Source: Candidatus Krumholzibacteriia bacterium
GTDB lineage: Bacteria; Krumholzibacteriota; Krumholzibacteriia; WVZY01
DNA length: 37,437 nucleotides
Reading direction: 5' to 3'
Assembly: GCA_046754105.1 (NCBI GenBank)
Contig: JBHHVD010000025.1
Location: 1-37,437, forward strand
In this document: in pieces, positions 9,209 to 17,715 of the stretch
Layout of the letters: each line of letters begins with the position of its first letter
How positions within the stretch are numbered: the first letter of the stretch is position 1
Made by a program: the position numbers and the translations under genes
The notes under the pieces: generated by a model
Databases searched by the model: none
What the model was told of the DNA's origin: nothing
The model's input: the letters and a program-made list of their open reading frames with translations, nothing else

Positions 9209-9338
9209 AAGCCCGTTCTCATGCACTTGCAGGAGGTTTTCCCGCTACGAACTCTGCTACAAACGTTCTGTCCCTTGCCTGATTCTCAGGCGTAACTCTA
9301 TATATTTGTTCGTTTAGGCACCTAGCCGTTGGAAGGGT

Positions 9339-10196
9339 ATGGCTTTTCGTCCAAGAAAGCGGTTCGGCCAGAATTTCCTGCACGACCCCGGGATTGCCAG
9401 GAAAATGATCGATGCGGCACGCCTCGAGGCGGGGCAGGCGGTGGTCGAGCTGGGCGCCGGACGGGGGTTTCTGACCCGGCCGCTGGCCGAGCTGGGCACG
9501 CGCCTGATCGCCTTCGAGCTGGACAGGGACCTGCACGCCGAACTCTCCGCGCGGCTGGAAGGGACGGCGGGGGTGGAACTGATCAACGCGGATTTCACAC
9601 ACGTGTCGCTCACGAGCCTGCTCGCCGAGCGCGGGCTCGATGCCTGCACGCTCATCGGCAACATCCCGTATCACCTCACGCGCGAGGTGCTGTTCTCGTT
9701 CCTGGTGGACGAGTCCGAGATGATCGAGAAGGCGTATCTCATGGTGCAGCGCGAGGTGGGAGACCGTATCGCGGCGGCGCCCGGCTCGCGCACCTACGGC
9801 ATACCCAGTGTGGTGCTGCAGAGTTTGTACACGGTCCGCTCGCTGTTCCGGGTCGTCGCGGGGTCGTTCACGCCGAGACCGAAAGTGGATTCGGTCGTAA
9901 TCGGGTTCGAGGCGCTCGAATCGCCGCGGATCAGGAGGGACGAGCTGCGACATTTCGTCGGCCTGGTCAAGAACCTGTTTCAGCAGAGAAGAAAGACCAT
10001 TCACAACACGCTGCGGGGAGCGTATTCGCTGTCGGCAACCGAGTTGAGACAACTCGGCAAGTCCACGGGGATCGATCCGGAAAAGCGGCCGGAAATGCTC
10101 TCACCGCAGGACTTCCTCGCCGTGTCACGAGCGATTGCCGGCATGACGCCGGGAGCGCACGGGGACGGAACGATGATGCAAGGACGACGATGGTAA
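9339..10196 (+). CDS. rsmA: 16S rRNA (adenine1518/1519-N6)-dimethyltransferase
   Basis: RPRKRFGQNFLHD, VVELGAGRGFLT, GNIPYHL, LMVQREV, FTPRPKVDS, FQQRRKT. Confidence 0.96.
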   Translation: MAFRPRKRFGQNFLHDPGIARKMIDAARLEAGQAVVELGAGRGFLTRPLAELGTRLIAFELDRDLHAELSARLEGTAGVELINADFTHVSLTSLLAERGLDACTLIGNIPYHLTREVLFSFLVDESEMIEKAYLMVQREVGDRIAAAPGSRTYGIPSVVLQSLYTVRSLFRVVAGSFTPRPKVDSVVIGFEALESPRIRRDELRHFVGLVKNLFQQRRKTIHNTLRGAYSLSATELRQLGKSTGIDPEKRPEMLSPQDFLAVSRAIAGMTPGAHGDGTMMQGRRW

Positions 10197-12094
10197 AACG
10201 CATCGCGTATGTGGTCGTACTTTTTTGGGGCCTGGGCTCCCCGCTGGAGGCCCACGGGCAGCTCGACTCGCTCTCCGCGGCGGCGCAGGAGGCCAGGCCC
10301 AAGTACGAGTTCAAGAACTCCTACACCGGGTCCATCAAGGGCAACGTGACCTCGATCACCATGTCGAACCAGCTCGGCTCGACCCTGCTGCTGCGCAACG
10401 GCTGGGTGGCCAACACCAACCTGCGGATCAACGAAACCAGCGCCCGCCTGCAGGATCGCAGGGACAACTCGCGCAACTTCTCCGTCAACCTGACGATGCC
10501 GATCACATCGGGACTGGCCATGACGGGCCGCATCGCTGACAACCGTTCGTTCAACCGCCTGGTGACGTTTACGAACGATATTCAAGATTTCAAGAACGAT
10601 TCAAAGCAGGCATCCGCGACGCTGACGTACAAGAGGACGTTTGCGGGCGGGATCGCGTTCAACGGCGCCACCTCGGGCGACGTCTCGAAGAGCGATCAGA
10701 CGTTTCTCAAAGACCGGAGCGTCCGGGGATCGGTTCGCGGCGGCATCGGCTACAACTTCGGCAGCCGGGTGAAGATCCGGGGGCGCGGGTTCTTCAGCAA
10801 GAGCGATGACTCGGCCGACACCGGCGGCCGCAGGGCCGACGGCCTCGGCACGGACGAGGACAGCCTCGTCACCCGGGTGGAAGTGACGCTCTCGGAGCGG
10901 GCGTCATTTACGGTGGATTACAGCCAGGCGACACGCACCAACGAATTCATGGATCTTCCCCGTGGTGTCTTCCAGGAGGTGCAGTTCGAGGACAACCTGA
11001 ACCGCGAAGTGGAGACGCGAACCCTGGATGATCTGAGATTGAACGCCACCACGAGACCGCTGGCGGCGGTGGAGCTGAAGATGCTCGCGCAGCACAACGA
11101 GACGGTCAGTGATTTTCTGGTGGCCAAGACGCGTTTCAGCCGCCGGGTCACCGACCTCGTGCGCGGGGATATCAAGTACACGATGGGAAAGGCGACGACC
11201 ATCGACGTGCAGGTGGAGAACCAGGAGCGGCTAAGTGACCTCGGGCCGCAGTCCCTGGGCAGCTTTCGCGAGGAGCAGCACAGTGCCAGGTTCGGCCTGA
11301 CGCACAATTTTAGCAAGACGTTCAACGTCAACTTCCGCTCCGGGGCGTCGATCGTCCAGGCGTTCTTCGATGATTTCGAGATCAACCCGCGCGACCGCGA
11401 CCAGATGGACCAGTACATCAACCTCAAGATCAACTCGAAGCCGTTCCCCAAGATCACCGCGTCCGTCTACCTGGCGCTCAACCAGACCGATTTCATCAAC
11501 ATCGACGGCAGCCTGTCGCAGAACAACCGGGTGGAGACGACGTACGATTTCCGGCCGGAGCTTACCTACACCTTGAACGAGCGGATCAACATCAAGCAAA
11601 CCTACGGGCTGAACCTCGAGCTGACCGAGTTCGACTTCAACGAGGACGATAATTTTCTCGACCGCAACTTCGTTTTTACGAATACGGTCCGCGCCCGGCT
11701 CTCCGGGGCGCTGTCCACGCAGCTCTACTACCAGCTCTTGCTGCACGACCGGGGCAGCTACCTGCGGCCGGAGCAGGGAGCGGAACGCCTGCTGGATATC
11801 GAGCAGGAAGACCGGCGGGACCAGATGACCATCAGCTTCCGCTACAAGATCAACCCCCACCTCGCGCTGGTGGGCGAGAACGACTACAGCCAGCGGCGGG
11901 ACGTCATCGGCGCCGGCAACTCGACGACGTTCATCGACGGCGGCGTGGAAATCGGTGTCGAGGGCAATTACAAGTGGGGCGAAGCAAAGACCTTGAACCT
12001 GAGGCTCAAGAAGGTAAATCGTTTCGGGCAATTCAACAGCCCGGAGCAGGAGGATTACTGGGTCATGGATTCGTCGGTGAGCTACGCATTTTGA
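10190..12094 (+). CDS. Uncharacterised outer-membrane beta-barrel protein (~634 aa)
   Basis: ATG 10190 overlaps the rsmA end; signal peptide MVKRIAYVVVLFWGLGSPLEAHG; alternating hydrophobic/polar strands throughout; C-terminal VSYAF beta-signal. Confidence 0.8.
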   Translation: MVKRIAYVVVLFWGLGSPLEAHGQLDSLSAAAQEARPKYEFKNSYTGSIKGNVTSITMSNQLGSTLLLRNGWVANTNLRINETSARLQDRRDNSRNFSVNLTMPITSGLAMTGRIADNRSFNRLVTFTNDIQDFKNDSKQASATLTYKRTFAGGIAFNGATSGDVSKSDQTFLKDRSVRGSVRGGIGYNFGSRVKIRGRGFFSKSDDSADTGGRRADGLGTDEDSLVTRVEVTLSERASFTVDYSQATRTNEFMDLPRGVFQEVQFEDNLNREVETRTLDDLRLNATTRPLAAVELKMLAQHNETVSDFLVAKTRFSRRVTDLVRGDIKYTMGKATTIDVQVENQERLSDLGPQSLGSFREEQHSARFGLTHNFSKTFNVNFRSGASIVQAFFDDFEINPRDRDQMDQYINLKINSKPFPKITASVYLALNQTDFINIDGSLSQNNRVETTYDFRPELTYTLNERINIKQTYGLNLELTEFDFNEDDNFLDRNFVFTNTVRARLSGALSTQLYYQLLLHDRGSYLRPEQGAERLLDIEQEDRRDQMTISFRYKINPHLALVGENDYSQRRDVIGAGNSTTFIDGGVEIGVEGNYKWGEAKTLNLRLKKVNRFGQFNSPEQEDYWVMDSSVSYAF

Positions 12095-12102
12095 GGCAAA
12101 CG

Positions 12103-12699
12103 ATGGGCAAACGCCGAGCCATACTTTTGTGCAGCGCCGCGATGCGGGGCGCCCTGGCCGTGACGCTGGGTCTGACCGCGGGCTGCCTGTTCGATACGCG
12201 GGACGCCGAGGACCCCGGCGGCAACACGTCGTCCTGGGAGGTGCCCACCGTGCCGAGCCGGGTGTTCTTGAACATGGAAAGCGGTCTCGAGGAGCGAACC
12301 GGCGTTAATTATGAGCGAAGCCTGCACGACGTCTTCACCTTCGTCCCACTTCCCGAAGATGCCGCCAACCCGACGCTGGCCGGCAAGTTCGACAACTGGA
12401 CGGCGGATGTGGAAAAGACCGTCGTCAACCGGCTGACCTCCGAGTCGAGCAGTATCGAGGTGTCATTTACCAACCGCGAGCAGATCCGCGACCAGAATCC
12501 GTTCGCCGATTTTCGCATGGACTACGAGTTGATAGTGGCCAGCAATACCCTGCCCCCGGATACGGTAATCTACCGGGGCAAGGCCCAGCTCGACATGCAG
12601 CAGGGCAGCAAGGGGTGGCAGCTCGTGCGCTGGGAAGACATCGAGCGCGTGTCGGGGTTTGCCAGCTGGGGTTTTTTGCGGGGGTCGCTGCGGCAATAG
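12103..12699 (+). CDS. Lipoprotein, probable NTF2/SnoaL-like fold
   Basis: ATG 12103 after gagg; lipobox LTAG-C; VFLNME..Y..L..FTF..W....E and C-terminal WQLVRWED. Confidence 0.8.
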   Translation: MGKRRAILLCSAAMRGALAVTLGLTAGCLFDTRDAEDPGGNTSSWEVPTVPSRVFLNMESGLEERTGVNYERSLHDVFTFVPLPEDAANPTLAGKFDNWTADVEKTVVNRLTSESSSIEVSFTNREQIRDQNPFADFRMDYELIVASNTLPPDTVIYRGKAQLDMQQGSKGWQLVRWEDIERVSGFASWGFLRGSLRQ

Positions 12700-12744
12700 C
12701 GGGAAGCACGGAGAGGTACAGGATCGTTATGGAATTGGTAGTCA

Positions 12745-12805
12745 TTGGAAAGAAACAAGTTAGGCAACGGGTCGTCTTGACGCTGCGGCACGAAAGTGAT
12801 ACATT
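12745..12805 (+). promoter_or_regulatory. Sigma70-type promoter for lipoprotein 2 with upstream IHF-like AT-rich box
   Basis: TTGACG (12777-12782), 17 bp, TACATT (12800-12805); ttggaaagaaacaagttag (12745-12763) matches 14/19 with the reverse complement of the IHF-like box at 19252-19270. Confidence 0.55.
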
Positions 12806-12853
12806 TAACGTGCCGGACAACGTCGCTTCACTCCGGAAAGGAACGCGGTCATC

Positions 12854-13477
12854 ATGAGAAAGCTCACCCCCAGGAAAACGCTGACGTTGGTCGCCCTCAC
12901 GCTGGGCGCGCTGGTGTTCAACTCCTGTATCTTCAACGCAGAGGAGGGAACACCGCCGGACAAAGTTCCGCCGCCAGCCTTCAAATCCCTCAAGGCGCGG
13001 GAGGATGTACTCCACAACCTCGAGCTGGCCTGGAACCAGCAGAATATCAACCAGTACGACAAGCTGCTGGATGATAACTTCACGTTTTTCTTCGGCGCCA
13101 AGGACATTTCGTTGGGCAAAGTCACGTCCACCGACTGGGGACGAGCCTCCGAGCTGATCGCCACCGGGCACATGTTCGACCGCACCTTCGACCCGCCGCC
13201 GGGCCCGAGCGGGACCGACCCCGGGCCGATCATTAGTATCGATATCTCGATGGATTTTCCGGTGGGAGAGGAGAAGTGGGACCCGCTGTCCGATCCCGTC
13301 GTCCATCCCACCGAAACGTGGTACGAAAAGACGGTCGACTACACGTTCACTATCACGGCGGGGGGGGATTTCAGATTCCTGACCGGCAAGGTGCTGCGGG
13401 CCTCGATCGTCATCCGTTTCGCGGAAGCGAGCGGGGACAGCATCTACCGCATCGTCCAGTGGCGAGACGACGTCTGA
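12854..13477 (+). CDS. Lipoprotein, paralogue of 12103-12699 (probable NTF2/SnoaL-like fold)
   Basis: Lipobox VFNS-C; VLHNLE..YDKLLDDNFTF..W....E..YRIVQWRD; aaagga SD. Confidence 0.82.
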   Translation: MRKLTPRKTLTLVALTLGALVFNSCIFNAEEGTPPDKVPPPAFKSLKAREDVLHNLELAWNQQNINQYDKLLDDNFTFFFGAKDISLGKVTSTDWGRASELIATGHMFDRTFDPPPGPSGTDPGPIISIDISMDFPVGEEKWDPLSDPVVHPTETWYEKTVDYTFTITAGGDFRFLTGKVLRASIVIRFAEASGDSIYRIVQWRDDV

Positions 13478-13522
13478 ACGCAAGCGGCGCGCGGGGGGTG
13501 AACCCCGGCAGCGATCGACCGG

Positions 13523-13552
13523 ACCCGGCGGGATTTCCCGCCGGGTTTTTTT
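13523..13552 (+). terminator. Rho-independent terminator
   Basis: acccggcggg-attt-cccgccgggt hairpin followed by a T run, ~45 bp after the lipoprotein 2 stop. Confidence 0.9.
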
Positions 13553-13561
13553 GTTCCCGTG

Positions 13562-13610
13562 CCGCGCGGCCGCACCGCGCGGCCGCACCGCGTGGCAGGG
13601 CACCGCGTGG
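13562..13610. repeat. Short degenerate tandem repeat (13-15-bp unit)
   Basis: ccgcgcggccgca x2, then ccgcgtggcagggca and ccgcgtgg. Confidence 0.6.
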
Positions 13611-13676
13611 TGGCGCCCCGGTGGCCGCGCGGGGAAGCGGCGGGGCGCCCCCAGCGCCCGCCTTCCGGATTTTTGC

Positions 13677-13706
13677 TTGTCGCGCTGCTGCGTCCATCGG
13701 TATGCT
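13677..13706 (+). promoter_or_regulatory. Putative sigma70 promoter of the deacetylase-pdxJ unit
   Basis: TTGTCG, 18 bp, TATGCT, ~30 bp upstream of ATG 13736. Confidence 0.4.
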
Positions 13707-13735
13707 GGCCAACGCCTTTTATCCCCCGCAAGACC

Positions 13736-15004
13736 ATGCCGAAGAAGAAAGCCAGGAAGAAAACCGGCGGCAAGCGAGCGCGCCGGCCACAGGGTGCGCC
13801 GGCCCGGGTGCGGGTGCTGGTCGTCCTAATGATCGTCGCCGTGGCCGCGGGTATCGCCCTCGTCAAGTTTTTTCAGACCACGCGCGGCCGGGTGCTGCTC
13901 GTGGACACCGGTTTCACCGGCTACTACAGCCAGGTCCAGGCGGAGCTGGACGACGGCCTGCGCCGGGCCCTGGCCGAAACGGGCCTGGCACGGTCGCTGG
14001 AGGAGAACCGGGGCGCGCTCGTCACCGGCGGCGAGCGGTTGATTTTTTACGAGTGGCGCGTGGTGTGCGGTGCTTCCTGCGATTTTGTCGACGTAAACCT
14101 GGAGATCACGCGCGCGGTGCGGCGGGCCGGTGGCATCGTCCGCTCCGGCGTCGAGCGCAATTCCAATTCCCGCCAGCGCAGCCTCGTCTTTGATATCGGC
14201 AGCCGCCGGTACACGACCCACAAGATCACCGTCGAGCGCTCCCGCAAAGCCGGTGTCGCCTCGCGGTGGAACAGCGCCGCGTCGCAGCCGAGCACCGAAC
14301 GGGACCGGCGGAGCGGCGACCGCGGCGACCGGAGAACGCGGGCGCCCCGGGCCGCCCTGGTCTTCGACGATTTCGGTTACTCGAAGTCACGGCTCGTGGA
14401 GGCGTTCCTCACGCTGGAGCTGCCCATCACGATTTCCGTCATACCGTCGCTGCCGCACAGCCGCTACGCCGTCTCCCGGGCGCGGGCCAACGGCAAGGAG
14501 CCGATGCTCCACCTGCCCATGGAGGCCGAGGAGGGCCCCCCATCCGACGTCGCCGCCGTACTCGTCACCATGAGCGACGGCGAGATCCGGGAGCTCGTCG
14601 GGCGCTACCTCGAGGAGAGCCCCGGCGTGGTCGGTGTAAACAACCACCAGGGTTCGCGAGCGACCCAGGACCGGCGGGTCATGCGCAGCGTCCTGTCCGT
14701 GATCAAGGGGCGCCGGCTGTTTTTTCTCGACTCTTTGACTTCCGGCAAATCGATAGCGTATAATACGGCGAGGGAAATGGGTGTGCCGGCGGCGCGCAAC
14801 GGCGTGTTTCTGGACGCGGATACCGAGGACCCGCTGGTGATCGAGGAGCGGCTCCTGGGGCTGCTCGAGACGGCCCGCGAGCGGGGAACGGCCATCGCCA
14901 TCGGGCACCCGCGGTCGTCTACCTACCAGGTGCTGGAGAGAAACCTCGACGTCCTCAAGGATTCCGGAGTCGAGTTCGTATTTCTCTCGCAACTGGTCGA
15001 ATAG
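13736..15004 (+). CDS. Divergent polysaccharide deacetylase family protein (YibQ/DUF610-like), membrane anchored
   Basis: Basic N-terminus plus TM helix; ALVFDDFG, MLHLPME, GVNNHQGS, FFLDSLTS, VFLD, AIAIGHP; ATG 13736 preferred because the longer ORF start runs through repeat/promoter DNA. Confidence 0.88.
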   Translation: MPKKKARKKTGGKRARRPQGAPARVRVLVVLMIVAVAAGIALVKFFQTTRGRVLLVDTGFTGYYSQVQAELDDGLRRALAETGLARSLEENRGALVTGGERLIFYEWRVVCGASCDFVDVNLEITRAVRRAGGIVRSGVERNSNSRQRSLVFDIGSRRYTTHKITVERSRKAGVASRWNSAASQPSTERDRRSGDRGDRRTRAPRAALVFDDFGYSKSRLVEAFLTLELPITISVIPSLPHSRYAVSRARANGKEPMLHLPMEAEEGPPSDVAAVLVTMSDGEIRELVGRYLEESPGVVGVNNHQGSRATQDRRVMRSVLSVIKGRRLFFLDSLTSGKSIAYNTAREMGVPAARNGVFLDADTEDPLVIEERLLGLLETARERGTAIAIGHPRSSTYQVLERNLDVLKDSGVEFVFLSQLVE

Positions 15005-15044
15005 CCGTATCATGAATCCAGTCTTACGAAAAGGAGGAGCGGCG

Positions 15045-15761
15045 ATGCCTCGATTGGGGATCAACGTGGATCACGTGGCCACGGTCCGGGAGGCGCGCAA
15101 GACCTACGAGCCGGACCCGGTGAGCGCCGCGGTCGCGGCGGAAATGGGGGGCGCCGACCAGGTGACGATTCACCTGCGAGAGGATCACCGGCACATCCAG
15201 AACCGCGACGCGCGCCTGATCCGTGAAGTGGTCAAGACCGCGATGAACCTGGAGATGGCGGCGACGGCCGAAATGCAGGAGATCGCCCTCGCGCTTCACC
15301 CCGAGTCCGTAACCCTCGTGCCCGAGAAGCGGGAAGAGGTCACTACCGAGGGTGGGCTCGATCTGTCGAACACCGCTCCCGCCGTGGCGGACATCATCGG
15401 TACCCTGAAAGAAGCTGGAATCAAGACGTGCGCGTTTCTCGACGCCGACCTCGACGAGATCAAGCACGCCGCGCACCTGCAGTTCGACGCCGTCGAGATA
15501 CACACCGGCCCCTACGCCAACGCGCGGAGTGGCGCCCTGCCCCGTGAGCTGCAAAGGGTCCAGGACGCGGCCTCGGCCATCCGGCACCTGGGAATGGCGG
15601 TCCACGCCGGCCACGGCCTCAATTACCACAACGTCTCGGCGATCGTCCGCATCCCCGAAATCGAGGAGCTCAACATCGGGCACGCCGTCGTCGCCCGGGC
15701 AATATTCGTCGGGATGGAACGGGCGGTGCGGGACATGCTCCGGCAGATGGGGAGGCGCTAG
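15045..15761 (+). CDS. pdxJ: Pyridoxine 5'-phosphate synthase
   Basis: RLGINVDHVATVREAR, PDPV, HLREDHRHI, NLEMA, LVPEKREEVTTEGGLD, EIHTG, HAGHGL, ELNIGH; aaggagg SD. Confidence 0.97.
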   Translation: MPRLGINVDHVATVREARKTYEPDPVSAAVAAEMGGADQVTIHLREDHRHIQNRDARLIREVVKTAMNLEMAATAEMQEIALALHPESVTLVPEKREEVTTEGGLDLSNTAPAVADIIGTLKEAGIKTCAFLDADLDEIKHAAHLQFDAVEIHTGPYANARSGALPRELQRVQDAASAIRHLGMAVHAGHGLNYHNVSAIVRIPEIEELNIGHAVVARAIFVGMERAVRDMLRQMGRR

Positions 15762-15785
15762 ACCGTTAGAATAAAGAGATTTCCG

Positions 15786-15813
15786 TTGACTCGCGGCCGG
15801 AAGCTTGTATAAT
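15786..15813 (+). promoter_or_regulatory. Sigma70-type promoter of secDF
   Basis: TTGACT (15786-15791), 16 bp, TATAAT (15808-15813). Confidence 0.7.
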
Positions 15814-15989
15814 TTCCCCTTTACTTGACTTCTCACCCCGATTCCAGAGAGCTTTCCTTTTCAACCTACGAGGGATAGCGTGTTTGTGCGGAGCCGCCGG
15901 CCGGGCCGCGGCCGTCAAACGGCAGGCCGTCGAAAAGAGCGGCCGCACCCGGTGAGAGTCAGGGGCGGCGCGTTTCACCGAGGTAAATC

Positions 15990-17699
15990 ATGAAGAAATG
16001 GAAATACCTGTTCATCATCGCGATCCTTCTCTATTCCGCGTATAAACTGATTCCGACCGTGCAGTACTACGGCATGGCCGCGAGCGCGCGCGATTCGCTG
16101 ACCGCCGAAGAGAAAGACAAGTATATCGGCTCGGCCATCAAGCTGGGTCTGGACCTGCAGGGGGGGATGCACCTCGTGCTCGAGGTCGACGATTCTACCC
16201 TGGACGATGATGCCAAGAAAGACGCCGTCGACCGCACGCTGAAAATTCTCCGTAACCGCATCGATCAGTTTGGCGTGGCGGAGCCGGTGATCCAGAAACA
16301 GGGAAACCGGCGAATCATCGTTCAGCTGCCGGGACTGCAGGACGCCGAGCGCGCCAAAGAGTTGATCGGCCGCACGGCGCTGCTCGAGTTCCGGCTGGTG
16401 CGGGATTCCGAAGAGCTTCAGCAAGTCGTGCGAGAACTCGACCGGGAGCTCAAGGGGATCAAGCTGGTGGGCACGCGAGTGGACACGACGGGCATCGAGA
16501 CGGACACCACGTCGGTGGACACCCCACCCGCTCCGGGTTCCACGGACGCGCCGCCGGCAGGGGATACGAAGGTGGCGACACCGTTGGACACCTTGCTGCC
16601 GACCATGCCGGGCGGCCAGGACATCGAGATTCCCTTGATCGTGGATGAGGACAGGCCGTTTTCCTCGTACCTGAAAACGCTCTCGCTCGGCGCGCTGGTC
16701 GTCGAGTCGTCGAACAAGCAAGCCGTCGAGATCCTGCTCGGAACGCCGCAGGCGCAGGGCGCCCTGCCGCGGAAATCGGAGTTCCTGTGGGGTACCGAAG
16801 AGAAGCCGATGCAGGACGGCGGTACCGGCTGGCTGTTGTACCTGGTCGATAAAGACCCGACGCTCACCGGAGCGAGCCTCGTCAACGCCAGCACCAGCCC
16901 CAACCCGGACGACCCCAGCACCCTCAACGTGTCCTTCAAGCTCGATCGCCGCGGGGCGCTCGTCTTCTCCCGGTTCACGGGAGAGAACATCGGACGCCAG
17001 ATCGCCATCGTCCTCGATAAGCGGGTTCGCTCGGCGCCTGCGGTCGAAACGAAGATCCCCGGCGGGGAAGGCCGCATTACGGGAAGTTTCACGGATGAAG
17101 AGGCCAACGACCTCGCCATCGTCCTGCGGGCCGGTGCGCTGCCCGCACCGGTCGAAATCAAAGAGGAACGGACGGTGGGACCGACGCTGGGCCGCGATTC
17201 GATCACCCTCGGCGTCAAGGCCGCGATCTACGGTTTTATCGTGGTTCTCATCTTCATGATGGTCTACTACCAGTTCTCCGGCTTCCTGGCGGGTATCGCG
17301 CTCGTTCTCAACCTCGGCATCGTGTTGGCGGCGCTTGCCGCCCTGCACGCGGCGCTCACACTTCCCGGCATCGCGGGGCTCATTCTGACCATCGGCATGG
17401 CGGTCGATGCCAACGTGCTGATCTTCGAGCGAATCCGCGAGGAACTCGCCAAGGCAAAGACGGTGCGGAGCGCGATCGACAGCGGCTACGACCGCGCGTT
17501 CACGACGATTCTCGACGCGAACATCACAACGCTCATTACGGCGTTCGTGCTGTGGCAATTCGGTACCGGGCCGATCAAGGGCTTCGCCACCGTGCTGAGC
17601 ATCGGCATCATCGCAAGTATGTTTACCGCTCTAATGTGCACGCGGGTCGTGTTCGAATTCATTACCGCACGATGGTCCCTGCGCAAACTAAGCATTTGA
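15990..17699 (+). CDS. secD: Protein translocase subunit SecD
   Basis: KLGLDLQGGMHLVLEV, RIDQFGVAEP, AIVLD, LRAGALPAP, VGPTLG, GMAVDANVLIFERIREE, GPIKGFA. Confidence 0.98.
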   Translation: MKKWKYLFIIAILLYSAYKLIPTVQYYGMAASARDSLTAEEKDKYIGSAIKLGLDLQGGMHLVLEVDDSTLDDDAKKDAVDRTLKILRNRIDQFGVAEPVIQKQGNRRIIVQLPGLQDAERAKELIGRTALLEFRLVRDSEELQQVVRELDRELKGIKLVGTRVDTTGIETDTTSVDTPPAPGSTDAPPAGDTKVATPLDTLLPTMPGGQDIEIPLIVDEDRPFSSYLKTLSLGALVVESSNKQAVEILLGTPQAQGALPRKSEFLWGTEEKPMQDGGTGWLLYLVDKDPTLTGASLVNASTSPNPDDPSTLNVSFKLDRRGALVFSRFTGENIGRQIAIVLDKRVRSAPAVETKIPGGEGRITGSFTDEEANDLAIVLRAGALPAPVEIKEERTVGPTLGRDSITLGVKAAIYGFIVVLIFMMVYYQFSGFLAGIALVLNLGIVLAALAALHAALTLPGIAGLILTIGMAVDANVLIFERIREELAKAKTVRSAIDSGYDRAFTTILDANITTLITAFVLWQFGTGPIKGFATVLSIGIIASMFTALMCTRVVFEFITARWSLRKLSI

Positions 17700-17715
17700 T
17701 TAAAGAGGAATGTAG

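Noticed and set aside
9329..10189. N-terminal 287 codons of the 921-aa ORF overlapping rsmA (possible overlapping gene or frameshift fusion)
   Set aside because: -1 shadow frame of a high-GC3 gene with Arg/Gly/Ala-rich low-information translation; a signal peptide starts at ATG 10190
12786..12800. cggcacgaaagtgat as a sigma54 promoter
   Set aside because: GG-N10-GC spacing is not met; a sigma70 TTGACG-17-TACATT fits the same DNA
13562..13610. Tandem repeats as a CRISPR or iteron array
   Set aside because: Only 2-4 short degenerate units, no spacers, no cas or rep genes
15975..17558. 527-aa minus-strand ORF and similar long antisense ORFs (6570-7988, 23207-24652, 28999-30210, 32161-33420, 33486-34601)
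   Set aside because: Antisense to well-supported genes; expected from GC-rich codon bias
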